A DNA stretch of 64,000 nucleotides, taken from the NCBI GenBank assembly GCA_010405405.1, contig MU004231.1, positions 2,371,860 to 2,435,859 on the forward strand. The letters are read 5' to 3'. The notes beneath the pieces were generated by a model. The model saw only the letters and a list, made by a program, of their open reading frames with translations, made no database searches and had not been told where the DNA came from. Made by a program: the position numbers and the translations under genes. Shown piece by piece: positions 12,401 to 25,958 of the stretch (position 1 is its first letter; each line of letters opens with the position of its first letter). This DNA is from Microthyrium microscopicum (Eukaryota).

Positions 12401-14912
12401 ATTTTAATAATAATGCTAATAAAAGTAAGATTCTACTTAGTATTAAAAGAGCTAAAGTCTTACTTTTCTTTATAAATTAACGCTAGTATTACTATAAAGA
12501 GAAAAGTAGTAGAGTATATAAAATAAATATAAAAGAAGTAAGCTCCTTATTTTAATACTTCTAAATTATCTTTATCTAAAGTAATAGTAAAATATTATAA
12601 TATATAAAGAAATTTAAAGCTTCTATTCTATTTATTAGTTTACTTAAATTTTAACTTAATACTATAGGTTATATAGTTAACGTCTTTATATTTAAAAACC
12701 TTAGACGTAAAGTTCTTAAACTTTTTAAGTAAAGAGATATAAGAATAATCTTTGTTTAAGTAATCTTTATTAATCTATATTAAAAGATAAAGTAGTTTAT
12801 ATTAAGGGATATTTAAGTTAGTATTATACTAAATAGAAAAATAAAAGTAATAATACTTAATAATATTATTTATATATTTTCTAATTATTATAATAAAATT
12901 TTTATAACTCCTATAAGTATCTTAATAGTCTTTAAGGTTATTTAAAGCTTAAATTATTATTAGGTTATAAAAGTAGATTAGACTTAATAATAATAATAGC
13001 TAATTTATAATATTAAGAAGATTCTCGTAATAGTTTTTAATAAGTAATTATATTCCCTAAAATTTATTAATTATTAAAGCTAAAAGATTTACTTAAGATA
13101 AGTTATTTAAATTTCGCTAATTAAAGGAGTAGAAATATATTCTAATCTCTAATATATAGTTTATACTATAAATTAGTTCTTAGTAATTATTATATTAATC
13201 TACTTTATAGTAGCTAAAGGTAATATAAGTTAAAAATAATTTAAACATATTTAGACGCCTAATATAACTTAGGTTAGTAGTCTACTTAGAAGTAAAGAAC
13301 TATTTCTACTTAGTAGTTAATTAACTATAAGATAGTTATAAGTAAGGCTTACTAGTAAAGAATTAAAATAAAGCTATAATATATATTATAATAGAAGATA
13401 GAAAAATTAAAAATAATAATAAAAAGTTTTAGGACTTAAGGTAGGTATAAATAAAGTTAGCTAATTATAAAATATTAATTAATTATTATAATAATATTAA
13501 AATAATCTTTACTAAAATTTTGCTTAATTTATATATAAATAAACTACTTTATAGTAATAAAGTTACGTTATAGCTTTATAAAGTTTTACTATACTACTTC
13601 TAATAAATATTACTACTTATAACTTAATAATAATATCTTTTTTATTAATTAACCTAAAAGATTTAATATCTCTTTAGAAATAACGTTACTAAGAAGCTAA
13701 TAAAGCTAATAACTCTTATCTTATATATAAATAATTAAAAAAAAGCTAATAAATATAAGTTTTATATATACTTATAAAGAGGCTATTAGTTTATATTTGT
13801 CTAAATATTTAGTATATATAATAATTATTTAATTTTATTAGAAGTATTTAAAAAAAACTTAGCCTAGATTTATTAAACTAGCTATTACTACTATAATTAC
13901 TAAAAAAAAAAATATTATAAATAGGATTTAGTAAAGAAACTAGGTTATAATAAGGTTTAAAGGCCTATAAGATTAAGACGTAGTTAAAAAATAGTTATTA
14001 ATTTATTAATAAGAGGATTAAGTAATAAAGCTAAAGGTAGAGTAGTATAGCTATTAGTTTACCTAAAAGATATACCTAAGAAATTCTAACTTTATCTTAT
14101 TTTTAGTATTATTTAATTCTTATTTTTTAAGGATTTTTAGACTTTACGTAGCTACTAACTTAAGCTAAAAAAGATACCTTATAATACTAAGTTATAAGAT
14201 ATTATAATTATTCTTAGCAAATAAATATAAATAATAGTATTAAAGTATTAAAACTATATCTTACTAATCTTAACTTTAGGTATATACTATTATTTACTAA
14301 TTAGTTAAATTTAATAAGAGCCAAAATATTTACTAAGAATATTAGACTAAAAAACGCCTTAACGTCTTAAATTATTAACTAACTTATTATTCCTAATAAT
14401 AGGTTATTTACCTTCCTTAGTACGTTAATAAGTTTATTTCTAATTATTTAGAGTATACATACTAAATTCTAAGAGTTATTTTTATAATAGAGTAAAAGAT
14501 ATAATTTATAAATTAATATCTTAATACCTAAAAAATTATAAGTATTTATAGTAATATACTTTATAAACATTAGAATTTATATATTACTATTATAATATAA
14601 AAGCATCTACTTTATAAATACCTTCTATATTTCTAGCTTATTTAGGTAAATTTAAGTATAATTATTTTTAAATAGTTATAACTCTTATACTAAGTTTAAA
14701 ATAGTCTTTCTAAAGAATAATTAATATATAGAATATTTAGAGAGCTAAGACTAAAGCTAATTAACGAGAGGCTACTTTTTATTAAGAATATATTATAACC
14801 TAATTAAGAGACAATACAACTAGTTAAAAACAATAGGAAAAAACGTAAAAATTAAAAGCGCTTAATAACTCTAAAACTACTACTACTAATTAGTAGTATA
14901 CCTATCTTAACT

Positions 14913-15038
14913 AAAAAGAAAAAGAAGCTAAGATTAGATATAGGTATATCTAAACTAAAGAAGATAAAGCTAATATTAAATATAAGTATACTTAAACTAA
15001 AGAAAAGAAAAATAAGATTAAATATAGGTATATCTAGA
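14913..15038 (+). repeat. 42-bp tandem repeat x3 (basic 14-aa unit) near the 5' end of the Helitron-like ORF
   Basis: Units at 14913, 14955 and 14997, e.g. ctaaagaaaagaaaaataagattaaatataggtatatctaga. Confidence 0.75.
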
Positions 15039-17553
15039 TTATTACTAAGGTAAATTAGAAATATATAGAATAATATATAAATACTACTAACTTTATTTAC
15101 TATTAGAACTAAATATAATATTAAAGAAGCTACTCTATATAAAAAACTAGATTATATTAAAGAGAATATAACTTATCTCTCCTAACTTAATCTTAATATT
15201 AAGTACAAGTTCTAACAAAAGTTTAAACTATTAAAGAGCAAATAGTAATATTAGCTAATACTAAAAGAGATAAAAATTTTAACTATATATTTATTTCTTA
15301 AAGACCTTTATAATCCTAATATACTTCCTACTAAATACTATTTAACTTACTATTAATAAACTACTTTAGAAAAATTAGTACTTACTAACTAAAGTACTCT
15401 TAAGAATTAATTTTAGTAGAATATACTTATTATCTAATAAATTTTTAAATATTATAAATACTTTTTATAATCTAGTAATAAATAAGTCTATATCTATATA
15501 ATATATAATAAGAAACTTAGTAATAAAAAAATCCCTTTTATATACTCTATAAGTAATTTACTTATTAAATATAAGTATTTATACCTAAACGAATTATATA
15601 ACTTAACTCTAGTAAAGGAATAATTAATCTCCTTAAACTATCTATATAGGCTTATTACTTATTAAGTATATAATAAGAGGGATAATACTATAAAGAGAGC
15701 TCACTATAAGCCTAAAGGCTAAATTACTATTATCCTAGCTTAGGATCTTATTAATTTAATAATATTTATCTTACTATATAATCTTATTAAACTATAAGAA
15801 TTAATCTATATATCTTTCTTAAAACTAAACAAACTATAGCTAACTTAACTTACTAAACTTATCTAAATATAGCCTTAAAAAATACTTATAGCTTTATATT
15901 AACTAAAAGCTAATAATTATTTATATTTTAATATTAAAATTAATAAATCTAGAGTTTTTAAAATACTTTTAGTACCTAGTTTAAACATACTCCTTATCCT
16001 CTATAATAATATATTAAATTTAAAACTAACTACAAAAAAGCTTATAAATAAAGCTATAATTAGCCTTATAAATATAAATAATCTAAGAACTATAAAAGAA
16101 GAAATAAAATATAAAAGGAAAATTATTAATAATCTTCTTTAATCCTACTTACTAACTAATACTAACTTTAATAAAGAAGATAATAAGGATCTAAGAATTA
16201 TATAATAGCATTTTAAAACTATCTAACCTTTATAAGATATAAAGAAGTTTTAAAATAATAAGGATAAGAATAAATTATTACTAATAATATTAAACATATT
16301 TATAAATCTTAATAGAATAAATAAAGAATACTAGCTATTATTATCTCTAAAATTTCTATAAAATTCTATTACTAATAAAAATACTAAAATACTATTTATT
16401 AAGTAAGTATAGCTAATAAATAGTAGCTTTACTAACTTAAAGGACCTAAGCTATTACCTAAAAATCTTTCTAATACTATTCTTCTTTAATCTTAAAAAAC
16501 CTTATAGATTAAAAGAGTTATTTAGTATCTATATTTATATAACTTATTAAAGTAAAGTATATAACTATCTTAATTTAGATACTTTTAAGCTTATAAATCT
16601 AAAAGTATATATAAAATATAATATACTAGTTTAGTTAAAATTTTAACTTTAGTTTAAACTATAAGTAAAAGATCTTATTCTCTACTATAAAGGCAAATTT
16701 GCTTATTATCCTATTTTTTTCTTCCTAATTTTTAATACTATCTAAAAGGATTTAGTTAATACTATTACTTTTTAGAAGTTATCTCTATTAAGCCTATAAA
16801 AAATTAAAAATATTTTTTAAGATTTAATATTAGAATAACTTAAAGTAGTAAAGACTAAACTTATAGACTTATATATTACTAATAATCTAACTATTTTATC
16901 GTTACTCTAAGAAGTATTAAGTTATTTTAATAAATAACTATTATCTAATAAGAGTTATATTTATATATATAAATAAATTAAAGTAATTTATATAAAAAAT
17001 AGTTTCCTAAGTATTTAATTTACTATTAATCTAAATAATATTAATAATATTATAAAATTATAACTAGTAATATTCTAAGATTAAATATTATAGTAAGCAA
17101 ATAAATTTATAAAGTAATTAGAGACTAATATAGAATAATTCTAAATTTATATAAATATATAATATATATTAGACCTAATTATATTAGCATAATTTTTTTA
17201 AAAAGAAATAAAGCTTTTCTTTAAGTATTTTATTAAGATTAAGGATAATTTAGTTTTTAGTTATATTAATTACTATTTCTTAATAGTAGAAACTAATAAA
17301 TAAGGGTCTTTTTATACATATAGCTTTATATAATTTAAAGGTAACCTTTATTTTCTATTATTAGTAGAAACTTTATAAAATATAAATAACGTAAATTTTA
17401 AAGATAAGTTTATCTAGTTTATTAATAAGTTAATATCTAAATTAATTATCTTAAGCATAGTAATAGCCTTAAAACATACTCTAATAAATTTATTTAGAGA
17501 CTAAAAGAAAGTTAATAAGTTTATTATAAACTTAAGTTACTTATCTATATAAT

Positions 17554-17623
17554 NNNNNNNNNNNNNNNNNNNNNNNNNNNNNNNNNNNNNNNNNNNNNNN
17601 NNNNNNNNNNNNNNNNNNNNNNN
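17554..17623. other. Assembly gap (70 N)
   Basis: Run of n; lies between the Rep and helicase motifs of the Helitron-like element. Confidence 1.
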
Positions 17624-20600
17624 TTATATAAAAAATATATATACTTATTAAAGAAGAAAGAAAAATAATTAAAAATAGGGAGATAACTTTATAAATAGTA
17701 AGATATATAATAATAGAGAGAGTAGTTATTACTAACCCTATTATAGAGTTATCTAACTTCTATTTACTTTCTTTAAAAGGTTATAAATTAGCTTACTATA
17801 AACTATTTAGTTTTATTTATAAAAGTTTATAACTTTCTTCTTAATTATAAAATATATTTTTTAAGTATAGAAAATATAACTTAGTAATATATCTTACTTA
17901 ACCTACTCTACTAAAAAATTTATTATAAAAGTACTTTACTTATAAAATAAATATACTTAAAAACAAACGTAAAACCTTAAGTTAATTTAAATATTAATAT
18001 TAAAAAGACTAATAAAACCTTACCTCTATTAGTTACTTATAAAAACTATAGTCTAATATTTATAACACTAAACCTTTATAATTATACTATATATATTAAG
18101 GTTATTAAGAAAAAGAAAAATAGGCCTATAATAATTAAAGATATTAATTTTCTACTAAAGTTTATAATAAGATAAGAATAAATGTAAAGAATAGTTCTAT
18201 TTATAAAACTTTAAACTATTATCTTAAATAGTATTATATCCTATTTACTTAATAAACTATAAAATAATAAATATTATTAAAAGTATATTTAACCTTTTAA
18301 TAATATTAAAGAAAAGCTAATAACTATATAAAAATATAACTCTTTATTTAGTATTATTTATACTATAAAAAAAGTTTTTAGCTTTTAATCTCTTAAAGCT
18401 AAATATTATTTAAATAAGCAAAAAGGAATTACTAAGTCTAAGAGTTACCTTTTATATAAAAAATATTAAGAATCTTAAGAAAGCTAAGAAAACTACTATA
18501 ATAGATTATAACCTTTAAAAAGCGTAAATAAATAATAATAGTATAAATTCTAACTCTAAGAATTATAATATATATAATAATAAAGTCTTAGATATTCTTA
18601 ATATTAATAATATTATAATTTTAAGTATTATAATAATCTAAAACTAGCTATTATAGTCTTTATAACTAAGAAACTTAGGAGCTAATTCTTCTACTATTTA
18701 TAATTTTATAAGTAAGCTTAATTTTACTATAAATAACCTTTATACGTCTTTTAGTAGTATAAATATTTTATAATATATAAGAAAGTTTTATAATAAAGTA
18801 AATCTTAATACTACTAAATTAGCTAAGACTATATTAGATAGAATAAAATCATTAAAAAAAATATAAAATAAACTAAACTAAAGCATTATTATACAAAATA
18901 ATAAAAAAGGAATTAAAGATGCTATTTAAAATTAACCTATTACTTATCTATTTAGACCTCTAAGTTCTTTAAGACTACAAAATATAATATTAGAGTTATA
19001 TATAAACTTTTTTAATAATTATCTTAACGCGTTAATTAATAGCTATAAAAGATAAAGCCTTAATAAATTATAAAGCTAAGCTATAATAACTATTTTTTCT
19101 TTCTTACATTAATACTAGATAGAAAAAATTAAGATTAAGGATTTACGTAAATAACTTTTTATATATATTAGTAGTACTAATAAAACAAAAAAATTATAAG
19201 TTATTAATACTATCTAAAATATTTTTAATAAGTTAAAGCTTTAAAAAGAAATAATAATTACTACTTCTACTAGAAGTATAGTAGCTAATATTTAAGGTTT
19301 AACTATTTATTTAGCATTAAGTCTTTTATTTAGAAATACTAATAATCTATTAACGCAATATAACTAAAGAAATAAGCTAAGTAAATAAATAAATACTATT
19401 TTTATTACTTAATTAGCTAAAAAGTAAGCATAAGAGAAATACAAACTTCTTATTATTAATAAGATTAGTATAATTAATAGAAAGACTTTCTAGAGTATTA
19501 ACTTAAAATACTACTTGCTAAATAAGAAATATATTTTATTTAAAGGAATTCCTATTATACTTCTCTATAACGATTTCTATTAATTTTTATTAGTTAGTTC
19601 TATAAGTATAATATAGATAAGTAACGATAGTTAAGTAGTAAAATAAAACTAAAAAGTATAACTATTTCGTTAATTTAATAACGTTATTATACTTACAAAA
19701 CAAGTTTATATATAAAATTATTAAATACTCTTAAGAATACTTAAAAGGCTATAAAATAAGTAATAAATAGACGCAAACTATAATCTTCTCCTAGAAAAGA
19801 CAAAATATTCTTAAAATTAAGACTTTATAACTAAACTTTGCGTAATTATAATAATAAATAAACTAAGAGTAATTTTTAATATTAAAGTAGCTATTTAATA
19901 CTTAAAGAAACATTAGCTTTTTTTTTTAATTTTCTTCTTAACGTATATATAAAAAGATATTTTTAACTTAAAAACCTAAGTACTAATTACTTATAACCTA
20001 ATAAATACTACTATTAAAAAATATCCTAATAAGACTAACATTAAAGTCCTACTATACTTTATATTTATACTAAATACCTTTATTATAACTATAAATAATA
20101 TTAATATTAGCCTAATATTTATAAATAGAGCGCAATTTATAACTATTATAATCATTCTAAATAAGAGTTATCTAAAATATCTAATTTCTAAGCTTATTAT
20201 AATATATTTTAATCTACTTATAATACTAATTATAAAATCTAAAGGCACTAAGAACCTATAAGTTAGACTTCTTCTACTAGGAACTATTATAATAATACTA
20301 GAACTTACTATTTTTATAATAAAGAGTAATATTAAATATATAAAAAGAAGACTACTATACATTCCTTTATTTAGCATAATAATATATAAAGCTTAAGAAT
20401 ATATATTTTTATAAACCCTTATTAATTTGCTATATAGTAAGAATTTGTAAAGAAATATAATAAGATATAAATCTTCTATTCTTAAAACTAAAAAGTCTAA
20501 ATTACCTAGGTTTTATAGTTTTTATATTTAGCTATCTTAAGCTATAAGTTAAGAAAGTATATAAATTTCTAACTTATTAAGTTAAGAAATATTTAAAAAT

Positions 20601-21242
20601 TATAAAATACCTAAATTAATATTATAAGGTATTTAACTTTTAAATAACTATTTAATTTAGACTTTAAAGGAATTTATTAAAAAATGCTCTTAGTCTAAAT
20701 ATAAAGCACTTTATAAATAGTATTACTAATACTAGGTAAAATTAAAAGACAATATTTAACATTATAGTAAGAAAATACTTAAAGAGATAAAAAATATAGA
20801 ATATAAGTTATTATTTACTACTTCTTTTATATCTATACCTAGGCTAATTATTAATTATCTTTAGTTAATTTATTTTATTCTCTTTTATTACTTATCTTTA
20901 TAATTTTTATCCTTATTCTTATCTTCTTTTATATTATAAAGTGTAGTTTCTTTTATTATATTTTGTACGTATTAGGTTCTAAGAGTCTTAAAAGTTACTT
21001 ATAAACTATAACTTATATTATTTAATATACTAATAGACTTTAAAGGTCTTAATTTCTTTAGAGTCTATAAAGAAGTTAGTAAATTAAGTTACCTATAAGG
21101 ATTAAGACTTTTAAAAGACTAAGATTATTATATAGACTAAGTAGTAATAAAAGAATTTATATAAGTTATTATAGATTAAAGAGATAAAACGAAAGAATTA
21201 GTTCTAGTAGAGCTTAAGGCTATACCTTAGAAATATTAAGCT

Positions 21243-21338
21243 AAATTAGCGCTAATAAGACTTAGTGCTATATTTTAAATATAATAAGGTAAATTAACGC
21301 TAATAAGACTTAGTACTATACTTTAAATATAATAAGGT
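21243..21338. repeat. 48-bp tandem duplication x2
   Basis: aaattagcgctaataagacttagtgctatattttaaatataataaggt / aaattaacgctaataagacttagtactatactttaaatataataaggt; differences are transitions only. Confidence 0.9.
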
Positions 21339-23640
21339 AAATTGCTTCTTAGTATTACTAGCAAATAAATACTACTAAACGTTAAAGCATTACTATAGCT
21401 ACTATAAGGGGAGCTATCTATAGTTAAGTTAATAATAGCGATTTAAGAACCTTAATAAGAACCTAAAGTCTAATTATTCTATAAGTTAAGTAGAGGTAAG
21501 ACATAACAATAAGTAGTAATAAAGCTAAAGAAGTTTAAAGAATTAATATTTTTAATAATATTAGTATTTCTTATTATGTTATATTAAGTAAATAAAGGTA
21601 AATCTCTTATTAAGTCTAAGACCTCTATATATCTAATACTAGAATTAATAAAGTATTATTTTAGAGCTATTATTTTACTTCATAGTAGGTAGAATTTTAG
21701 TAAAGAATTATAGAATAAAAAAAAGAAGAGAAGAAGAAGTTTAAAGAATAAATATTAGAATAGGCTATAGCGTCCTTAAGCTTCTATATTTTTAAAGTAA
21801 TTCCTCTTTCTATACTAGCGCTATTAATATAACTAATAACTATTTATAAATAATTTCTAAGATACGCTTACTATAATAAGAGAAAAGTATAACTAACCTA
21901 ATACCTAAGATTTAAAAGTATAAAATAATCTAATTAATAAATTAGAAAGTTTAGCCTTATATATAAAAATTAATAGCACTAACCCTTAACCTTATCTAAT
22001 CAAAAAAACTCTAATAATTAGCCTTATAACTATCTATACGCTTATTAAGTACTAAAGCTCCTACTATAATAAATTAATTATAACTTCTATGCTTAATAAC
22101 CTTTACTAATAATCTATCTATACCTTACTAAATATAAATATTTTAGTAGAGTACCTACCTTCTTTAAAGTAAATTTAACAAATAAAATATTAAATAATAT
22201 TACCTACTTATAATTATATAATAATAAGCTAGTTATAGCTTTTAACTATAAAATTTTATAATTAGAACTTAGCATTATACCTTTTTTTCTAATTTTTTAA
22301 GCTTCTATTTATAATAACCTACTTTTATAGAGGCCTAAAGTAACGTCTAAGCTTTTAATTATTTTACTTCCTTACTACTTCTATAAATTTAAATATCTTA
22401 CTACTCTTTCTCTCTTCTTCTTCTTCTTCTTTAACTTTAATCTATATATCTTACATAACCTACTATTATTAAGATTGTATACTTCCTACTACCTCTCTAA
22501 GTTTCCTAGCTATTTTTAACTTTAATTCTTTACTTAATAATCTACTAATCTATTTTACTATAAGTACTAATTACGTCTTTTTTTAGTAAGCTAATACTAA
22601 TATTTTAATAAGTAATATAATACTATTATTTATATTAACTCCTTAGGATAGCATTTCTATACTAGTTACTAAAGCTAGTTTTATAAATTAAGCGCTTAGC
22701 TAACTCTTCGTCTATAACCTTACTATCTATACTACTACTAGCACTAATACTAAAGAGGTTATTATCTTAATTAATTAACTATTCTAATTTCTCTATACTT
22801 CTATTATATATACCTTTTACCTAAAGAAAGATACTATATAATTAAAGTACTTCCTAAATAACTTCTCTATAAACCTTTCTCCTAATACTACCTTAACCTA
22901 TATTATTATTAAATCTATATATAAGGCTATTATAGATAGCTATCTCCTCTTTTATAGCAAAGCTCTTTATAGCCTTTAAGTTACTACTTAAACTATATTA
23001 AATACTCTAGTTAGTACTATTTTTAACATAAATAAAATAAATTTTACGAGTATTATATAACTAAATTTTTTTACTAATAATTTAATAGAACTATAACTAC
23101 GCTATAATAAACTTTTTTACTTATAAGTACTTCCTTATTACTATATACTAGAATAATATTAATAAAAATAAGCACTTAAGATACGCTAATACTATCTTTA
23201 ATAATAAAGTTCCTTATTACTTTAACTAAATAACTACTATTAATAGCAACTTACTTCATAGTAATTCTAAGAAAGACTTTATTAAAATTAATTAATTTCT
23301 TTTATAAGTTCTCTTATTTAGATTAATAAGAAATATTACTAAAATAAGTTATTAGTTATCTAAGTAAATTATATCTAAGCCTTTTGCCTATAAGCTTTAA
23401 GCCCTAAGTTCTTTTCTTTATAGAAAATTAATAAACTCCTTTACTATAAATATTATATTTACTTTATATACTTTATAACTTTCTATAAATTTAATTTACC
23501 TATTAGTAATATAAAAATCTTATATTCTTACTTAAAAAGTATATAAGTTAAAAAAAAGGTAATTATTATAATACTACTTAAAAATATAGCTATATTACAA
23601 AATAATATACTTATAGTTCGTAAAGAATAAAAACCTACTT

Positions 23641-23732
23641 ATAGCTATTAATAATAAAATATTATAAATAAGCAAAATAAGCTATAATAGCCATTAGTAG
23701 TAAAATATTATAAATAAGTAAAACGAGCTACA
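23641..23732. repeat. 46-bp tandem duplication x2
   Basis: atagctattaataataaaatattataaataagcaaaataagctata / atagccattagtagtaaaatattataaataagtaaaacgagctaca; differences are transitions only. Confidence 0.88.
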
Positions 23733-25755
23733 ATATATTTAGCGTAACTATAACGTATTATAATTATTATAACTACATAGAATATAAAACTACGTAATTA
23801 AAAAGTTAATTTATCCTAAAAACCTACCTATCTCTACTCTCTATAATAATACTAAAGAAATAAATCTATAAATAAATACACTATAAATTATGCTTAATTA
23901 TTAATATAACCTATATTTTATACTAAAAAGTTAAAGTATTAAAATATATAACTAAAATAAGAAGAATTACGTAAAAACAAAGAGGAAGGAGTAAATAAGA
24001 TAACCTATTTATTATTAGTATAACTATTTATAGCGTGAACTCTTAATATTATAACTTCTATAAAAATATAAAAAGTTAATAAATATACGTATGTTTACTA
24101 TAGATAGAAGCCTAAACCACTAAAGAGTAGTAATAGATTACTTACTTACTTATTACTAATTTACCCTTTACCTATAATAATAAAAAAATACTTTATAAAT
24201 ACTCCTTTACTAACTATAACTTATACTTCTCTACTACTATTAATATATAAGGCAATTTATTAAGACTATTAGCCCTAGCTAATAACTCCTCTAAAGCTAA
24301 CGTTGCCATAAGATAGCAAACTGCTATACTATATAAATTAGGCTAATAAAAAGGAAAAGAAGTCTAATAATATGCGCTAATATAAAAGAATACTAATCCT
24401 ACCTCTTAAAATTAATAAAATTATTATATAAGTCTATGCTAACTAATGCCTTAAAAATTTGTAAGTTTAATAATGTATAATAAAATTAGTAAATATATTT
24501 AACCTTAGATAATAGAAGGTTAAAATACTATAATAGTTTAGAATATATCCCTAGGGCGAGATATTTCTAATTACCTACTAATACGTTTACTTTTACGTAA
24601 ACAAGATAGCTATATTTAATAAGCAAAGATAAGTAGTTTTTATAAATTACTAAGTATTCTACTTTCTTTTCTTACACTATATATAATAACACTTTATAAA
24701 ATAGCTAATACTACTATATTTCTAAAACTTACTAAAATATAAAGAATTAAGCCTTAAATAGATTCTTTTATATAAAAACTTACTATATTAAAGCCTTCCT
24801 ACGAGGTTTACTACTAAATCTTTTATAACTAAACTATTATTTAATACCTTTCTAAGAGAGGTGTAAGAAGATACACTAGTAAGTAAGAGCTTTATTCATA
24901 ATACTAAATATATAACTAATATAGTAATAGATCTATAAAGAAAATAAAAGTAATAACTCTTTGCTTAATTAACCTAAACAACTATTTCAACTATATACTA
25001 AACGCTACTACCTATATATTTCCATTAAAGTCCCTATGTACTAATATCTAACAGTAGAATTATTAAAAATACGCGCTTATAATATAAATATATATAATCT
25101 TAAATACTACCTACTAAATATTAAAAAGTTAAAAAGACTAGTTAACCTTTATATAGAGCTAGCTTTAACACTATAATACTAAAATATAAAAGATAATAAT
25201 AGTACAAATAATAATAAAGTAAAGGAAGAGAAAGAAGAAACTAATAACAACTTTAATAATTAATATTAGTAATTAGTAGTAGAAATATATAACAATAATA
25301 AAATAATTAACATAATTAAGATAATTAATAATAATTAATATCTTTAATAGGTTAAACCTTAATTAATAGCTTATAGCTTAAAAGGGACTAAAAAATTAAA
25401 ATAATTAAACTAATTAAAGGTCTTACTTTAAAAACTAATTAAAGAGACAAATTAGACAAAATAATTATAAATTATAACGTAGAGCAAAATTATTTCTAAG
25501 TAAAAAACTTACTAACTTCCCTTTTTCCTTTTTTTACTAATACTATCCCTTCTAAACCTATAGAGGTTCTTTTAGGCATATTATAATTACTTAACTAAAT
25601 ATATACTTTTTAGTATTATTTTAAAAGTTAAGACTTTATTTAGACTTCTATATTTCTTATTAAGACTCTAAAATATAATCTATAGCTTTATCTAGCATTT
25701 ACTAAGTTAATTCTTCCTTTATACGGATATCTTTAACTATACTTAAATTAACTTT

Positions 25756-25958
25756 TGTTATAGATCTTCTCCGTTAAGATCTCTTTATAAGATTTCTAGC
25801 ATCCCTATTACGTAATGCTAAGGGCTTAGTGCCTAAGGTTTAGCTAGCATAGAGCTTATTTTCTACTAGCCCTAATCCCTCTTCTAGATTCTCTATCTTA
25901 GTTTTCTTAAATTATATTTATATTTAGATTATACCCTTATATCTATAGCTTCCTAATA
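25756..25958 (+). repeat. 5' LTR (203 bp) of the outer chromovirus
   Basis: TGTTA...TAATA (RIPped TAACA); homologous to 32896-33098 and 40036-40238 (reverse) and to 40244-40436 (direct). Confidence 0.95.

Larger units (their letters stand above)
14700..20750 (+). mobile_element. RIP-inactivated Helitron-like element (HUH Rep plus PIF1-family helicase); ends approximate
   Basis: De-RIPped motifs in the expected order: ~17289 ETNK*GSFYTYSFI*FKGN (ETNERGSLHTHGFIWLEGN, HUH); ~19165 ISSTNKTKKL*VINTI (IGGAGGTGKSQVIDAI, Walker A); ~19446 LLIINKISI (LLIIDEISM, Walker B); ~19540 FKGIPIILLYNDFY*F (FGGIPIILLCGDFYQF); ~20385 YKA*E (YKAQG); ~20524 YI*LS*A (YVQLSRA). Confidence 0.85.

Noticed and set aside
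20168..20377. 69-aa hydrophobic minus-strand ORF
   Set aside because: Chance ORF in AT-rich DNA, antisense to the RIPped helicase region.
21243..23732. Short direct repeats as a CRISPR-like array
   Set aside because: Simple adjacent two-copy duplications without spacers, in eukaryotic DNA.
23789..23830. tacgtaattaaaaag as a pogo/Fot1-type TIR
   Set aside because: No matching inverted partner or DDE motif could be confirmed.
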